This document shows positions 1 through 9,703 of a stretch of DNA of 64,000 nt, in pieces. Made by a program: the position numbers and the translations under genes. The notes beneath the pieces were generated by a model. It did not search any database. It had not been told where the DNA came from and was given only the letters and a program-made list of their open reading frames with translations. The stretch spans positions 6,411-70,410 of the forward strand of contig JAVKGX010000001.1 in NCBI GenBank assembly GCA_031432545.1, written 5' to 3'. Position 1 is the stretch's first letter; every line of letters starts with the position of its first letter. The DNA is from Candidatus Caldifonticola tengchongensis. GTDB lineage: Bacteria > Sysuimicrobiota > Sysuimicrobiia > Sysuimicrobiales > Sysuimicrobiaceae.

Positions 1-879
1 GAGCTCTTCGCGCTGCTGGCGGCAGGCGCGTTTGCGCTCAGCACGGTACTGTCGCGCCGTTTCATGATCGGAGGGCCCGGCAGGCCGCCGGTGTCGCCCG
101 AGGCCGGCGTGTTCGTGAGCATGGTCACGAACGTCGCCGTCTTCGGCGTGCTGACGATCCTGGAGGCCCTGGGCGGAGGGTTCCAGCGGCTGACGTGGCA
201 GTCGGCGGCTTTGTTCGCCCTGGGCGGGATCGGCGGGACGCTGCTGGGCCGCAACCTGGCGTACCTCAGCGTGCTGCGCATCGGGCCGTCGCGCTCGACC
301 GCCATCCGGCTGTCGAATACCCTGTTCGCCGCGCTGCTCGGCCTGTGGTGGCTGCGGGAACTGCCCCGCGGCGTGCAGATCGCCGGCGCTGTGCTGATCA
401 CCGCGGGCCTGTGGACGGTCGTGTCCGAGCGAGGATCCCAACGACGCACCTTCGACGCAGGGGGCATCCTGGCGGCGGTGGCGGCGGCCGCGGCGTTCGC
501 GCTCGGCGACACCTCACGCCGCGTCGCACTGGGGATCACGCCGCAGCCCTTCATCGGAGCGTCCATCGGGGCCGCGACGGCGCTTGCGGTCCAGGCCGTC
601 TGGCTGGGGACGCGCCGACTGCGCGGAAGCGTGATCGGCGTGGCGTGGCGGGCCGACGTGGTCGGCAGCGCCCTCGGTAACACCGCGGCGATCTTGCTTT
701 TGTTTCTGGCGCTGCAACGCACCACGGTGGCGAACGCCTCGGTGCTGTACAATCTCCAGGTGCTGCTCGTGATCTTCCTCAGCCGCCGGATGCTGCGCGG
801 CGACGAGAGCACCGGCCGGCGTCTGGTGATCGGGAGTTTGGTCTGCCTGGTCGGGACGGCGGCGGTCCTGTTCGGCTAA
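1..879 (+). CDS. DMT/EamA-family membrane transporter (5' end outside window)
   Basis: Reading frame is open from base 1 (ELFALLAAGAFALS...) to the stop at 879. It is a hydrophobic polytopic protein with two EamA-like halves (WW..L.E motif region). Confidence 0.6.
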   Translation, partial: ELFALLAAGAFALSTVLSRRFMIGGPGRPPVSPEAGVFVSMVTNVAVFGVLTILEALGGGFQRLTWQSAALFALGGIGGTLLGRNLAYLSVLRIGPSRSTAIRLSNTLFAALLGLWWLRELPRGVQIAGAVLITAGLWTVVSERGSQRRTFDAGGILAAVAAAAAFALGDTSRRVALGITPQPFIGASIGAATALAVQAVWLGTRRLRGSVIGVAWRADVVGSALGNTAAILLLFLALQRTTVANASVLYNLQVLLVIFLSRRMLRGDESTGRRLVIGSLVCLVGTAAVLFG

Positions 880-1964
880 GCAGAACGCAGCAGGCCTCGC
901 GGGAGCCGGCTGAGGATCTCGGGTCCATGCTGTGTCACAACGACGATGTCCTCCAGACGGACCCCGAACTCGCCCGGCAGATAGATGCCCGGCTCCACGG
1001 AGAAGACCATCCCCTCCTGGAGCCGCGTCGCGTCGGTATCGACGACCGACGGCGGCTCGTGCGCGGTCAGCCCGAGGCCGTGACCGGTGCGGTGGATGAA
1101 GAACTCACCGTAGCCGGCGCGCGCGATCACCCCGCGGGCGGCCCGGTCCACCTCGGCGACCGGCACGTCGGGCCGGATCACACCCAGCGCCGCCCGCACC
1201 GCCTCCTCGACGAGGGCGTGCACCTCCCGGTACTTGGGCGTCGGCTCTCCCAAGAACACCATGCGCGTGATGTCCGAGCAGTAGCCGTCCCGCCGACCGC
1301 CGACGTCGAGCAGGACCGCCTCGCCGACGCGCAGCCTTCGGTTGGTCGGCTCGTGGTGCGGGAAGGCGCTGTTGGGCCCCGACGCGACGATGGCGAACCC
1401 CACGGCGTCCGCTCCGGCACCCCTGATCGCACCGGCGGCGGCGGCCGCCACCTCGCGCTCGCTCGTGCCCGGACGGCAGGCCTCCGCCGCGGCCAGGACG
1501 CCGGCGTCCGCGGTGGCCGCGGCCCGCCGGAGGGCTTCGATCTCTGCGGGGTCCTTGCGCATACGCATGGGGGCCAACAACCGCGAGGCGGGCAAGAAGC
1601 GCGCGCCGGGCAGGGCCTGCTGCATGAGCAGGAGGTGGTCCGCGCGCATGTCGTCGCCCACCGCAACCGCTTCCAGCCGATCCCCCACAGACCGCAGCGC
1701 GGCTTCCAGCGCCGCAAAAGGTCCTTGGGTGTCGTTGTAGGTGAACAGACGCACGGGCAGGCGGGACTCGACCTGAGCGGCGTTGACCCGCGGGACGAGC
1801 AGCGCTTCGCCGCCGGCCCCGACCAGAAGGACGCAGGCGCGCTCGTCACGCAGCGGCGCAAAACCCGCCAGGTAGAGGAAATCGTCTCCGGGGGGCAGGG
1901 CCAGCAGGTCGCAACGCTGGGCGGCCATGGCAGTACGGACGCGGCGGAGGCGGTCGGCGCGCAT
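876..1964 (-). CDS. Xaa-Pro aminopeptidase / M24-family metallopeptidase
   Basis: Creatinase N-terminal domain plus M24 fold motifs (HRTGHGLGL, VFSVEPGIY, D/H/E metal ligands). Start taken at the internal Met MRADRLRR (1964), because the longer ORF N-terminus is low-complexity. Confidence 0.7.
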   Translation of the reverse strand: MRADRLRRVRTAMAAQRCDLLALPPGDDFLYLAGFAPLRDERACVLLVGAGGEALLVPRVNAAQVESRLPVRLFTYNDTQGPFAALEAALRSVGDRLEAVAVGDDMRADHLLLMQQALPGARFLPASRLLAPMRMRKDPAEIEALRRAAATADAGVLAAAEACRPGTSEREVAAAAAGAIRGAGADAVGFAIVASGPNSAFPHHEPTNRRLRVGEAVLLDVGGRRDGYCSDITRMVFLGEPTPKYREVHALVEEAVRAALGVIRPDVPVAEVDRAARGVIARAGYGEFFIHRTGHGLGLTAHEPPSVVDTDATRLQEGMVFSVEPGIYLPGEFGVRLEDIVVVTQHGPEILSRLPRGLLRSA

Positions 1965-1983
1965 GGACTTGGGTCGGATCCGA

Positions 1984-2799
1984 TCACGTCCACGTGAACT
2001 TCTTGCGGACCTCGCGCGCGATGTCGGGCTGGATGTCGACGGGCAGGAGGTTCTCATACTCGCCCATGCGCGTCACCAGCCGCGCGCCGTTGGGAGCCCA
2101 CTTCCCCTGGAACTTCCCCAGCTCCGGCACGTAGGCGATGCTGCCGCCCAGCTGCGTGGCACCGCCGTAGAACTCACCGTACTGCCCCACGGCCAACACC
2201 GGCATCAGCAGCTCCATCGTGCGGGTGCGAACCGCGGACTGCATCGTCTCGAGCATGTAGGGCATGTCGGAGGACGCGGTCATCTGCACGAGCAGTACCT
2301 CGGCGCCCGCGTTGGCGAGTCGGCGGGCGATCTCGGGAACCAGAAGTTCGTAGCCCGCGATGATCCCGACCCGCACGCCGGCGACGAGGGCTGGTCGGTT
2401 GGGTCCGGGATCGTAGTGGCCACGCTCGGTGGGGTAGAACACCTGCTTGTAGTGCTTGCTCGTGATCTTGCCGTTGGGCGCGATGACGAACGAGCAGAGG
2501 CGCGGCTTGGGGGGCTTTCGCGCCCCCTTGGGTCTGGGCAGGAGTTCGCGCGTAGTCCCACAGATGACGTACACGTTGGCCTCCCGGGCGGCCTGGCACA
2601 GGCGATCGGTCACCGGGCAGGGAATCGGCATCGGCTTGGTGTTCCCCAGGAAGTACTCGGAGAACGCGACCACCGCCGCGCCCTCCCGCCCGCCGCGGCG
2701 GATGAACTCCACCGCCTTGTCCAAGTTGTCGGTCGTCCCTTCCTGCCACGAGCGGCTCTCTCCCCACCGGTAGCGCATCTGCGCGAGGCCAAACCGCAC
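1984..2799 (-). CDS. carbon-nitrogen hydrolase (nitrilase superfamily)
   Basis: CN-hydrolase signature regions are present (AFSEYF, catalytic C in ICGTT region). A GTG at 2799 is preceded by GGAGGTGGGGGA and gives an N-terminus VRFGLAQM matching the family M-kvA-vQM start. Confidence 0.65.
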   Translation of the reverse strand: MRFGLAQMRYRWGESRSWQEGTTDNLDKAVEFIRRGGREGAAVVAFSEYFLGNTKPMPIPCPVTDRLCQAAREANVYVICGTTRELLPRPKGARKPPKPRLCSFVIAPNGKITSKHYKQVFYPTERGHYDPGPNRPALVAGVRVGIIAGYELLVPEIARRLANAGAEVLLVQMTASSDMPYMLETMQSAVRTRTMELLMPVLAVGQYGEFYGGATQLGGSIAYVPELGKFQGKWAPNGARLVTRMGEYENLLPVDIQPDIAREVRKKFTWT

Positions 2800-3007
2800 T
2801 CCCCCACCTCCGGTGCAGCCCCGATCACATGATCGGTACCCCAAGCCCCGGCTGCTGGAGCCGTTCTTCCCAGACTATTACGCGACCGAACAGGAACTTT
2901 TCCTGCTCCAGCCGCCTTCCAGCGTGCTCAGACGCGTCCTTTCACGTCTGTTTGCCCCCCGACGCCGGCACTGGTACGCTCGTCTGTGACCCCCCGCAGG
3001 AGGAAGC

Positions 3008-3815
3008 CGTGCCGCCCAGACGACCCCTCCACACACCACCGGGGCCGCCACGCGAGTCGGCCGAGCGCAAGCGCGCCAGGGCCGCCCGGATCGTGGCCTT
3101 GCTGCGCAGGCGCTACCCGGATCCACAGATCCCGCTGCGGCACCGTTCACCTTTCGAACTGTTGATCGCGACCATACTTTCCGCCCAGTGTACAGACGAA
3201 ATGGTCAACCGGGTCACCCCGCTGCTGTTCGAACGGTTCCCGACACCGGAAGCGATGGCGGCCGCCGACATCGCCCAGCTGAGGGCGATCGTGCGGCCGA
3301 CCGGGTTCTACCAGCAGAAGTCCGCCACCCTGCAGGCTTGCGCGCGCGCCTTGCTGGAGCGCCACGGCGGCGAAATCCCCCCCGACATGGACCACCTCAC
3401 CCGCCTGCCCGGGGTGGGGCGGAAGACGGCCAACGTGCTGTTCTCCGCGGCCGCGATCGAGCAATGGCCGGACTGGCCCCACGCGCCCCGAGAGCGCGAC
3501 GGCACCGGCATCGTCGTCGATACGCACGTCGCGCGCCTGAGCCGGCGGCTGGCGTTGAGCCTGCACACCGACCCCGTCAAGATCGAGCAGGACCTGATGG
3601 CGCTGATCCCGCGCAGGGAGTGGGCCCGGTTTGCGCTGCGGTTGATTTACTTCGGACGGGAAATCTGTACCGCCAAGCAGCCCAAGTGCCCATTCTGTCC
3701 GCTCAGCGAGCTGTGCCCTTCCTCGAAGTACCTCGGGAGGCCACCGTGGATGGAACGCTCCCGGTCGGGGGCTGCCAAACCGGACCGGAGGCGGGCCCGT
3801 GCGCCTAACGCCTGA
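3008..3815 (+). CDS. nth: endonuclease III (DNA-(apurinic/apyrimidinic site) lyase)
   Basis: HhH-GPD motif (LPGVGRKTANVLF...VDTHV) and a C-terminal 4Fe-4S cluster Cx6Cx2Cx5C (CTAKQPKCPFCPLSELC). GTG at 3008 follows AGGAGGAAG. There is a short insertion before the VDTHV block. Confidence 0.85.
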
Positions 3816-5022
3816 TGGACCGCCGCAGCAACAGGTAGAGGGCCACCAAGGCGGCAAAGATCACCCAGGTCAGCCAGTGGCCGCTGCGGGGCCGCTGTGC
3901 GTCCGCCGGTGGCGAGACCGGACCCGCGACGATCTCAGAGGTCCCGCCCGCAGCCCGGGTCCAGGCCAGCCAGACTTCGCTTGCGGCATACAGCGTGGGG
4001 TGCGCCCCGGGCCCAAGCGATTGGATCGGACGCCACCGGCCCTCGCGGCGCCGGAGCAGCACCCGGTCTTTGGAGATCCAGGCGACGTAGACGGTCCTGT
4101 CCGCACCCACCGCGACGGTCGGGGCCTCCCCGGCCTCGGCGGACACCGTTTCCTCGGCGACGAGCGCCCCGAGTGACAGGCGCGCGTAGGTAACGAACGG
4201 GCCCGCGCGATCCCGCCGTTCCCACACCAGGTGCGCCGTGCCGTCGGGTTCGACAGCCAGCGCGACCCCGTAGGCGTCGTGTCCCGGCTGCGAGACCAGC
4301 GCTGGAGATTCCCAACGGCCCTCGCGCCACGTCGCGTGGTGCACTCGATAGCGTTGCCCGTCGAACTGGTACCAGGCGGCCTGTAAGACTCCCCCTGCGG
4401 CTTCGAGCGCGGGGTTGAGCGAGTCCGGAAACCCTGCCGACAGCAGCGCCGGGCGGCTCCACCCGCCGGGCACGCTGCGGGTGTGCAGGATCTCATAGAT
4501 GGCTCCGTGCCGCGTCGTCTCGCCTGGGCGCACGCCGTACCAGACCACGTGCACCCCGTCGGACGCCGCCGCGACCGCGGGGAAACCGGCGTAGTCCGGA
4601 CCCAAAGACAGCTTCGTGTGGCCCGACCACCCACCCGCACCTCGCACCGCGTACCAGACGTGACCGACGGTCTCGTAGTCGACCCACACCGCGTGCACCC
4701 GGCCGGCGCGGTCGGCCGCGACCGCGGGCAGCGAGGCCCGAATCCCGCGGCGGCTCAGGCGCGCCTCCCGGATCCAGCGGCGGCCTCCATCGGTGGAGCG
4801 CGCGACGAATACCTGATCGACGCCGTCTTCTGGGGCTACGTAGGCCAGATACAAACCCTCGCTGGTCTGCGCGATCTTGCGCTGGTTGTTGGCAGCGGTC
4901 GCGTCCTGCGACGCGCCCAAGATCCGGCCCGACGCCTCCGGCGCGGAAATGGTGACCTTGCCGCCGAGCAGGACAACGGCGAGGGCGAGGCAGATTGGCC
5001 GCACACCCCTCGGATACCACAT
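3805..5022 (-). CDS. secreted BNR/Asp-box repeat protein with C-terminal membrane anchor
   Basis: N-terminal signal peptide, an Asp-box (SxDxGxxW) in RSTDGGRRW, and repeated W/Y-rich beta-propeller-like segments. The C-terminus has a TM segment (WLTWVIFAALVALYLLL) followed by RRSIRR. It overlaps the nth 3' end by 11 nt, convergently. Confidence 0.5.
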   Translation of the reverse strand: MWYPRGVRPICLALAVVLLGGKVTISAPEASGRILGASQDATAANNQRKIAQTSEGLYLAYVAPEDGVDQVFVARSTDGGRRWIREARLSRRGIRASLPAVAADRAGRVHAVWVDYETVGHVWYAVRGAGGWSGHTKLSLGPDYAGFPAVAAASDGVHVVWYGVRPGETTRHGAIYEILHTRSVPGGWSRPALLSAGFPDSLNPALEAAGGVLQAAWYQFDGQRYRVHHATWREGRWESPALVSQPGHDAYGVALAVEPDGTAHLVWERRDRAGPFVTYARLSLGALVAEETVSAEAGEAPTVAVGADRTVYVAWISKDRVLLRRREGRWRPIQSLGPGAHPTLYAASEVWLAWTRAAGGTSEIVAGPVSPPADAQRPRSGHWLTWVIFAALVALYLLLRRSIRR

Positions 5023-5117
5023 CCGGTGGTCGGGCTCCTGTAGAATCGAGCGGGACGACCGCCGGCGCTTTTGCGGCGACCGCGGATCCCGCGCCGTTGG
5101 TTTGGGAGGTCGGTCGC

Positions 5118-5714
5118 ATGCACAACCCGAGGACGGAGCGGACGCTGGTAGTGGTCAAACCCGACGGCGTCCAGCGCGGACTGGTAGGTGAGATCCTGGG
5201 CCGCCTGGAGCGGTCCGGGTTGAAGATCGTCGGGCTGAAGATGCTCACCGCTTCGCGCGACCTGCTCGAGCGGCACTACCCCGACGACGACGGCTTCCTA
5301 CGCACGATCGGCGGAAAGACGAAGGAGGCGTTCGACGCTTACGGGCTCGACCTCCGCGAGCGCATGGGCACCGACGACCTGCGGGAGGTCGGCGCGCGCG
5401 TGCGCGGATGGCTGGTGGACTTCATGAGTTCCGCGCCCGTGGTGGCCGCGGTCGTCGAGGGGGTCCACGCGGTGAGCGTCGTGCGAAAGCTGGTGGGCGC
5501 GACGCTGCCGGTCTTCGCTGAACCCGGGACCGTACGCGGCGACTTCGCGGTAGACTCACCGACTCTGGCCAACCTGGAGGGCCGCCCGGTCCGCAACCTG
5601 GTTCACGCCTCCGGTACCCTTGAGGAGGCGCGATTCGAGATCGAACTGTGGTTCGGTGTAGACGAGATCTGGTCGTACCGCCGCGCCGACGAAGGCGCGA
5701 TGTTCGGGAGCTGA
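5118..5714 (+). CDS. ndk: nucleoside-diphosphate kinase homologue (long form with insertion)
   Basis: Canonical NDK N-terminus RTLVVVKPDGVQRGLVGEILGRLERSGLKIVGLK, with the active-site His context NLVHASGT. ATG at 5118 is preceded by GGGAGGTCGG. Confidence 0.75.
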   Translation: MHNPRTERTLVVVKPDGVQRGLVGEILGRLERSGLKIVGLKMLTASRDLLERHYPDDDGFLRTIGGKTKEAFDAYGLDLRERMGTDDLREVGARVRGWLVDFMSSAPVVAAVVEGVHAVSVVRKLVGATLPVFAEPGTVRGDFAVDSPTLANLEGRPVRNLVHASGTLEEARFEIELWFGVDEIWSYRRADEGAMFGS

Positions 5715-5744
5715 CGGAACTCGCCCCGCGTGACGGTGCGCCCA

Positions 5745-6515
5745 CTACGCCGGATCGAACGCGGGGATGCGGGCCAGCATCCAGACGCCGCCCTGCAGCA
5801 GCTGACCTGGCTGCGGATCGAGCAGCATCTCGGCGGGCGCGACCAAGTCGACGGCCGCCTTCTGAGTGTCCACGCGAAGGGCCCAAAACGGCAAGCCGGT
5901 CGCGGGGTTGCGCAGGCGGTCGACGCGCAGCAGTCTGCCGCTGAGCATCGCCGTCGCCTCCGGACGGTCGCCCCGGTCGGCGTCGTCCAGAGCCGTATGC
6001 GCGGTGCTCGCGAACGCATAGGGAGGCAGGCGGAACCCCGTCTCGCAGGACTGCACCGCCAGGGCCAACTCGTCTTCGTACACACTGGCCTCGTGGAGGA
6101 ACCCGACGATTCTGGCCTCCAGGGTGCGGGGCAGGTCGCCGAACCGCGGCGAGGCAGCCAGGAAGTCCACCAAATCGCAGACCAGCGGGAACGCCCCAGA
6201 GTAAGGTTCGCCGGGATCCGTGGGGTCGATCCAGCCCTCGATCCACCCCTCCTCGGGGTGGTCAGGGTCGGCGCCCCACGCGGTGATCGCGACGCGCCGC
6301 TGCGCACCCCCGTCGTAGAAAGGCAGGACGCCGAGCACCTCGCCCCGCGGCCCGACCTCCGCCCACAGTTCCACGTCCGCCCCGGCCCGCCACCGTCGGA
6401 GGGTGACCCCGGTCCCGGACGGAACGGACTCGCCCTGGGAGGCGGCGTGGGAAGCCAGGGCGTGGACTTCGGCCGCGTCGGCGACGGCGAATCCCACACA
6501 CGCGTAGTAGCTCAT
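5745..6515 (-). CDS. hypothetical protein (no recognisable domain)
   Basis: Balanced, protein-like amino-acid composition, unlike the R-rich plus-strand alternative. Start taken at MSYYACVGF (6515), with a 4-nt overlap with the upstream GNAT stop. Confidence 0.4.
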   Translation of the reverse strand: MSYYACVGFAVADAAEVHALASHAASQGESVPSGTGVTLRRWRAGADVELWAEVGPRGEVLGVLPFYDGGAQRRVAITAWGADPDHPEEGWIEGWIDPTDPGEPYSGAFPLVCDLVDFLAASPRFGDLPRTLEARIVGFLHEASVYEDELALAVQSCETGFRLPPYAFASTAHTALDDADRGDRPEATAMLSGRLLRVDRLRNPATGLPFWALRVDTQKAAVDLVAPAEMLLDPQPGQLLQGGVWMLARIPAFDPA

Positions 6516-7086
6516 CCTCGCTGTCCCATCCTGCCCCCCGCTGTTTGGGGATGCTCTTCGTCCAGGATGGCGTACAGGATCATGTCCCACCAGCGCCCGT
6601 TGCGCCACAGGCGCTTTCGCTGCACGCCCTCACGGTGGTATTCGCACTTCTCGTACACGCGCTGCATCGCACGGTTGAACTCGAACGTCCTCCCCTCGAT
6701 GCGGTGCAACCCCACCTGCTCGAACGCGAACCGGTTGCGCGTGCGGATCGCGTCCGTACCGTAGCCCTTGCCCCACACTTCGCGCTCGCCGATCATCGTC
6801 CCGCCGACCGTGCACCGATCCTGCCAGTCGATCTCGTGCAGGCCCGTAAACCCGATGTGCCGGTCTCGGTGAGGATCGCCCAGACGAACGCCTCGCGGCC
6901 GAAGTCCTTCTCGATCCGGTCGAACCACTCGGCTTCCTGCCCGCGCGTGACCCCGAAGCACCGAAGCAGGGTCGAGGTGACGTCGGGATCGTTCATCCAG
7001 CGCCACGCGTTGTCCAGATGGTCATGCCGATCTGGGGGCACCAACCGGATCCGCTCTCCGCGCAGGCCCAACGCGCCCACGGGCAT
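6512..7086 (-). pseudogene. GNAT N-acetyltransferase (RimJ/RimL-like) with -1 frameshift
   Basis: The N-terminal half (LRGERIRLVPP...FVWAILTETG) and the C-terminal half (HIGFTGLHEIDW...RTFEFNRAMQRVYEKCEYHREG) of one GNAT fold lie in two different frames. They join near 6830-6850 at ACCGGCACATCGGG. Confidence 0.55.
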
Positions 7087-7206
7087 CCCCTCCCCGGCGA
7101 CGGGATTTCGACCAGGCTTCTGCGAAGTTTACCAGAGCGAGGCTCTGCTCGGCGATCGGGGTGGCGAGGATCTTCGGACCGGCCGACCCTCAAATGGGAG
7201 CGTGCG

Positions 7207-9660
7207 ATGACAAAAGGCGAGGATCTGCGCGTTGCAGCCGACCGGCTGCGGTGGGTGTGCCGACCGGAGTACCTGCGCTTTGGGACCACGGCCGATCTGC
7301 CGCCGGAGCGGTCGTTGGTGGGCCAAGACCGCGCGGTGCGGGCGCTGGACTTCGGACTGTCGATTCGCCAGCCGCAGTTCCACGTCTTCGTCGTGGGCCC
7401 CGCTGGAACGGGCCGGACCACGTACACCGAGGCGAAGGTACGCGAGGTGGCCGCCCGCGACCCGACGCCGCCGGACTGGTGCTACGTCTACAACTTCCGG
7501 TCTCCGGGCGAACCGGTCGCGTTGCGTCTGCCTCCTGGGGAGGGGCGGCGGTTCGTCGCCGCAATCGCCACGCTGGTCGACGACCTCCGGCAGGCGATCC
7601 GCAAGGTGCTGACCAGCGAGCAGTTCGAGGCCCTCAAGCGGCAGACGCTGGAGGGTCTAGAGGCCGAGGCCAACCGCATCTGGCAGCAGCTGGACGCCTT
7701 CGCCCGGCAGAAGGGCTTCCTGGTGCAGCGCGGCCCGGTCGGGATCACCACCGTACCCCTGGGCAGCGGCGGCCAGCCGATGAGCCAGGAGGAGTTCGAC
7801 AGGCTGCCCGGCATGGCGCGCGAGCGCCTGGCGCAGGCCAACCGCGAGGTGCAGGAAGAGATCGCGGAGTCGGTCCGCCGGGTGCGCGCGATCGAGCGGC
7901 AGGCACGGGAGGCGGTCGCGACGCTGGAGCGCAACGCGGTGCTCGCCGCGATCCGCGACCCGATCCAGCGGCTGCGCGACCGCTACCGAGACCACCCGGA
8001 TGTCGTCGCCCACCTGGATGCGATGCAGGAAGACGTCGTCGAGAACAGCGACGCCTTCCGCGAAGACGAGCAGCCGCCGCAGCTCCCACTGCCCATCCCG
8101 TTGCCGCGGCGCAGCGTGCTCGAGCGGTACGAGGTCAATCTGCTCGTGGACAACAGCGACGTGACCGGTGCCCCAGTCGTCTTCGAGAGGAACCCTTCCT
8201 ACTACAACCTGTTCGGGAAGGTCGAGTACCGCGGCGAGCTGGGCGCGATGGTCACCGACTTCCGGATGATCAGGCCGGGCGCGCTGCACCGCGCCAACGG
8301 CGGGTATCTGATCCTCAACGCGCGGGACCTGCTGTTGCAGCCGGCGTCCTACGATGCCCTCAAACGAGCGCTGCGAAGCGGTGATGTACGCATCGAGAAC
8401 CTGTCGGAGGTGTACGGGCTCATCCCCACGGCGACCCTGCGACCCCAACCGATTCCGCTGCGGGTCAAGGTCGTCCTGATCGGACCGCCGGAGCTGTACT
8501 ATCCCCTGCACCGGCTAGACGACGACTTCCGCAAGATGTTCCGGGTGAAGGCGGAGTTCGACACCGAGATGCCCCGCACCGAGGAGAACATGCAGCGCCT
8601 GGCGGCGGTGTTGGGGGTCGCGTGCACCGAAGACGGTCTGAGACCGTGCGACCGCACCGGCGTCGCCCGGATCCTCGAGTACAGCGCCCGGCTGGCCGGG
8701 TCCCAGGAAAAGCTGTCCACGCGCTTCGCGGAGATCAAGCAGCTTCTCGTCGAGGCGGCAGCCTGGGCCGAGCGCGACGGCGCGCCCGCGGTCTCCGCGG
8801 CCCACGTGCAGCGCGCCCTCGAAGAGAAGGTCTACCGCAGCAGGCAGTTGGAGGAGAAGATCCAAGACGCCATCCGGCGCGGCCAGCTGTTCGTCGACAC
8901 CGACGGTGCGACCGTCGGACAGATCAACGGGATCTCGGTGTGGCAGGTTGGAGACTACGCCTTCGGTCGCCCGAACCGGATCACCGCCCGCGCGTTCGTG
9001 GGTGCGCGCGGCGTCGTGAACATCGAGCGCGAGATCAACTTGTCGGGGCCGATCCACAGCAAGGGTGTGCTGATCCTCAGTGGCTACCTGGGGGGCAAGT
9101 ACGCGCTGCACCGACCCCTGAGCCTGTCGGCCACCCTGACCTTCGAGCAGACCTACGAGGAGGTTGAAGGCGACTCCGCATCGTCGGCGGAGCTGTACGC
9201 CCTGCTCAGCGTCCTCGCGGACCTGCCGATCGCGCAGGGGATCGCCGTCACGGGATCGGTGAACCAGCGGGGCGAGATCCAGCCGATCGGCGGCGTCAAC
9301 GAGAAGATCGAGGGGTTCTATGCGGTCTGCAAGGTGAAGGGCCTGACCGGCCGTCAGGGCGTGCTCATCCCGCACAGCAACGCGCAGAACCTGATGCTTC
9401 GGGAAGAGGTCGTCGAGGCCGTGCGGGAAGGGCAGTTCCACATCTGGGCCGTGTGGACGATCGACGAAGGGATCGAGATCCTCACCGGTGTCCCGGCGGG
9501 CGACATCCGGCCGGACGGGAGCTACCCGGAGGGGACCGTGCACCAGCGCGTCCTCGCCCGGCTGGACGAGTTCGCCGAGCGCATGCGCAGGATGCGTCCG
9601 TCGAGGGAGCAGGAACGCGAGCCGTCGGAACGCGAGCCCAACGCGGAGGGCAGCGGGTAG
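7207..9660 (+). CDS. Lon-like ATP-dependent protease (COG1067/LonC-type AAA+ plus S16 domain)
   Basis: Walker A FVVGPAGTGRTTY and a C-terminal S16 protease domain (IAVTGSVNQRGEIQPIGGVNEKIEGF) are present. The true ATG at 7207 follows GGGAG, and the upstream in-frame extension is low-complexity. Confidence 0.8.
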   Translation: MTKGEDLRVAADRLRWVCRPEYLRFGTTADLPPERSLVGQDRAVRALDFGLSIRQPQFHVFVVGPAGTGRTTYTEAKVREVAARDPTPPDWCYVYNFRSPGEPVALRLPPGEGRRFVAAIATLVDDLRQAIRKVLTSEQFEALKRQTLEGLEAEANRIWQQLDAFARQKGFLVQRGPVGITTVPLGSGGQPMSQEEFDRLPGMARERLAQANREVQEEIAESVRRVRAIERQAREAVATLERNAVLAAIRDPIQRLRDRYRDHPDVVAHLDAMQEDVVENSDAFREDEQPPQLPLPIPLPRRSVLERYEVNLLVDNSDVTGAPVVFERNPSYYNLFGKVEYRGELGAMVTDFRMIRPGALHRANGGYLILNARDLLLQPASYDALKRALRSGDVRIENLSEVYGLIPTATLRPQPIPLRVKVVLIGPPELYYPLHRLDDDFRKMFRVKAEFDTEMPRTEENMQRLAAVLGVACTEDGLRPCDRTGVARILEYSARLAGSQEKLSTRFAEIKQLLVEAAAWAERDGAPAVSAAHVQRALEEKVYRSRQLEEKIQDAIRRGQLFVDTDGATVGQINGISVWQVGDYAFGRPNRITARAFVGARGVVNIEREINLSGPIHSKGVLILSGYLGGKYALHRPLSLSATLTFEQTYEEVEGDSASSAELYALLSVLADLPIAQGIAVTGSVNQRGEIQPIGGVNEKIEGFYAVCKVKGLTGRQGVLIPHSNAQNLMLREEVVEAVREGQFHIWAVWTIDEGIEILTGVPAGDIRPDGSYPEGTVHQRVLARLDEFAERMRRMRPSREQEREPSEREPNAEGSG

Positions 9661-9703
9661 GACGCCTGCGGCTGAGCACCACGGACTCCGGTAGGGACAT
9701 CGG

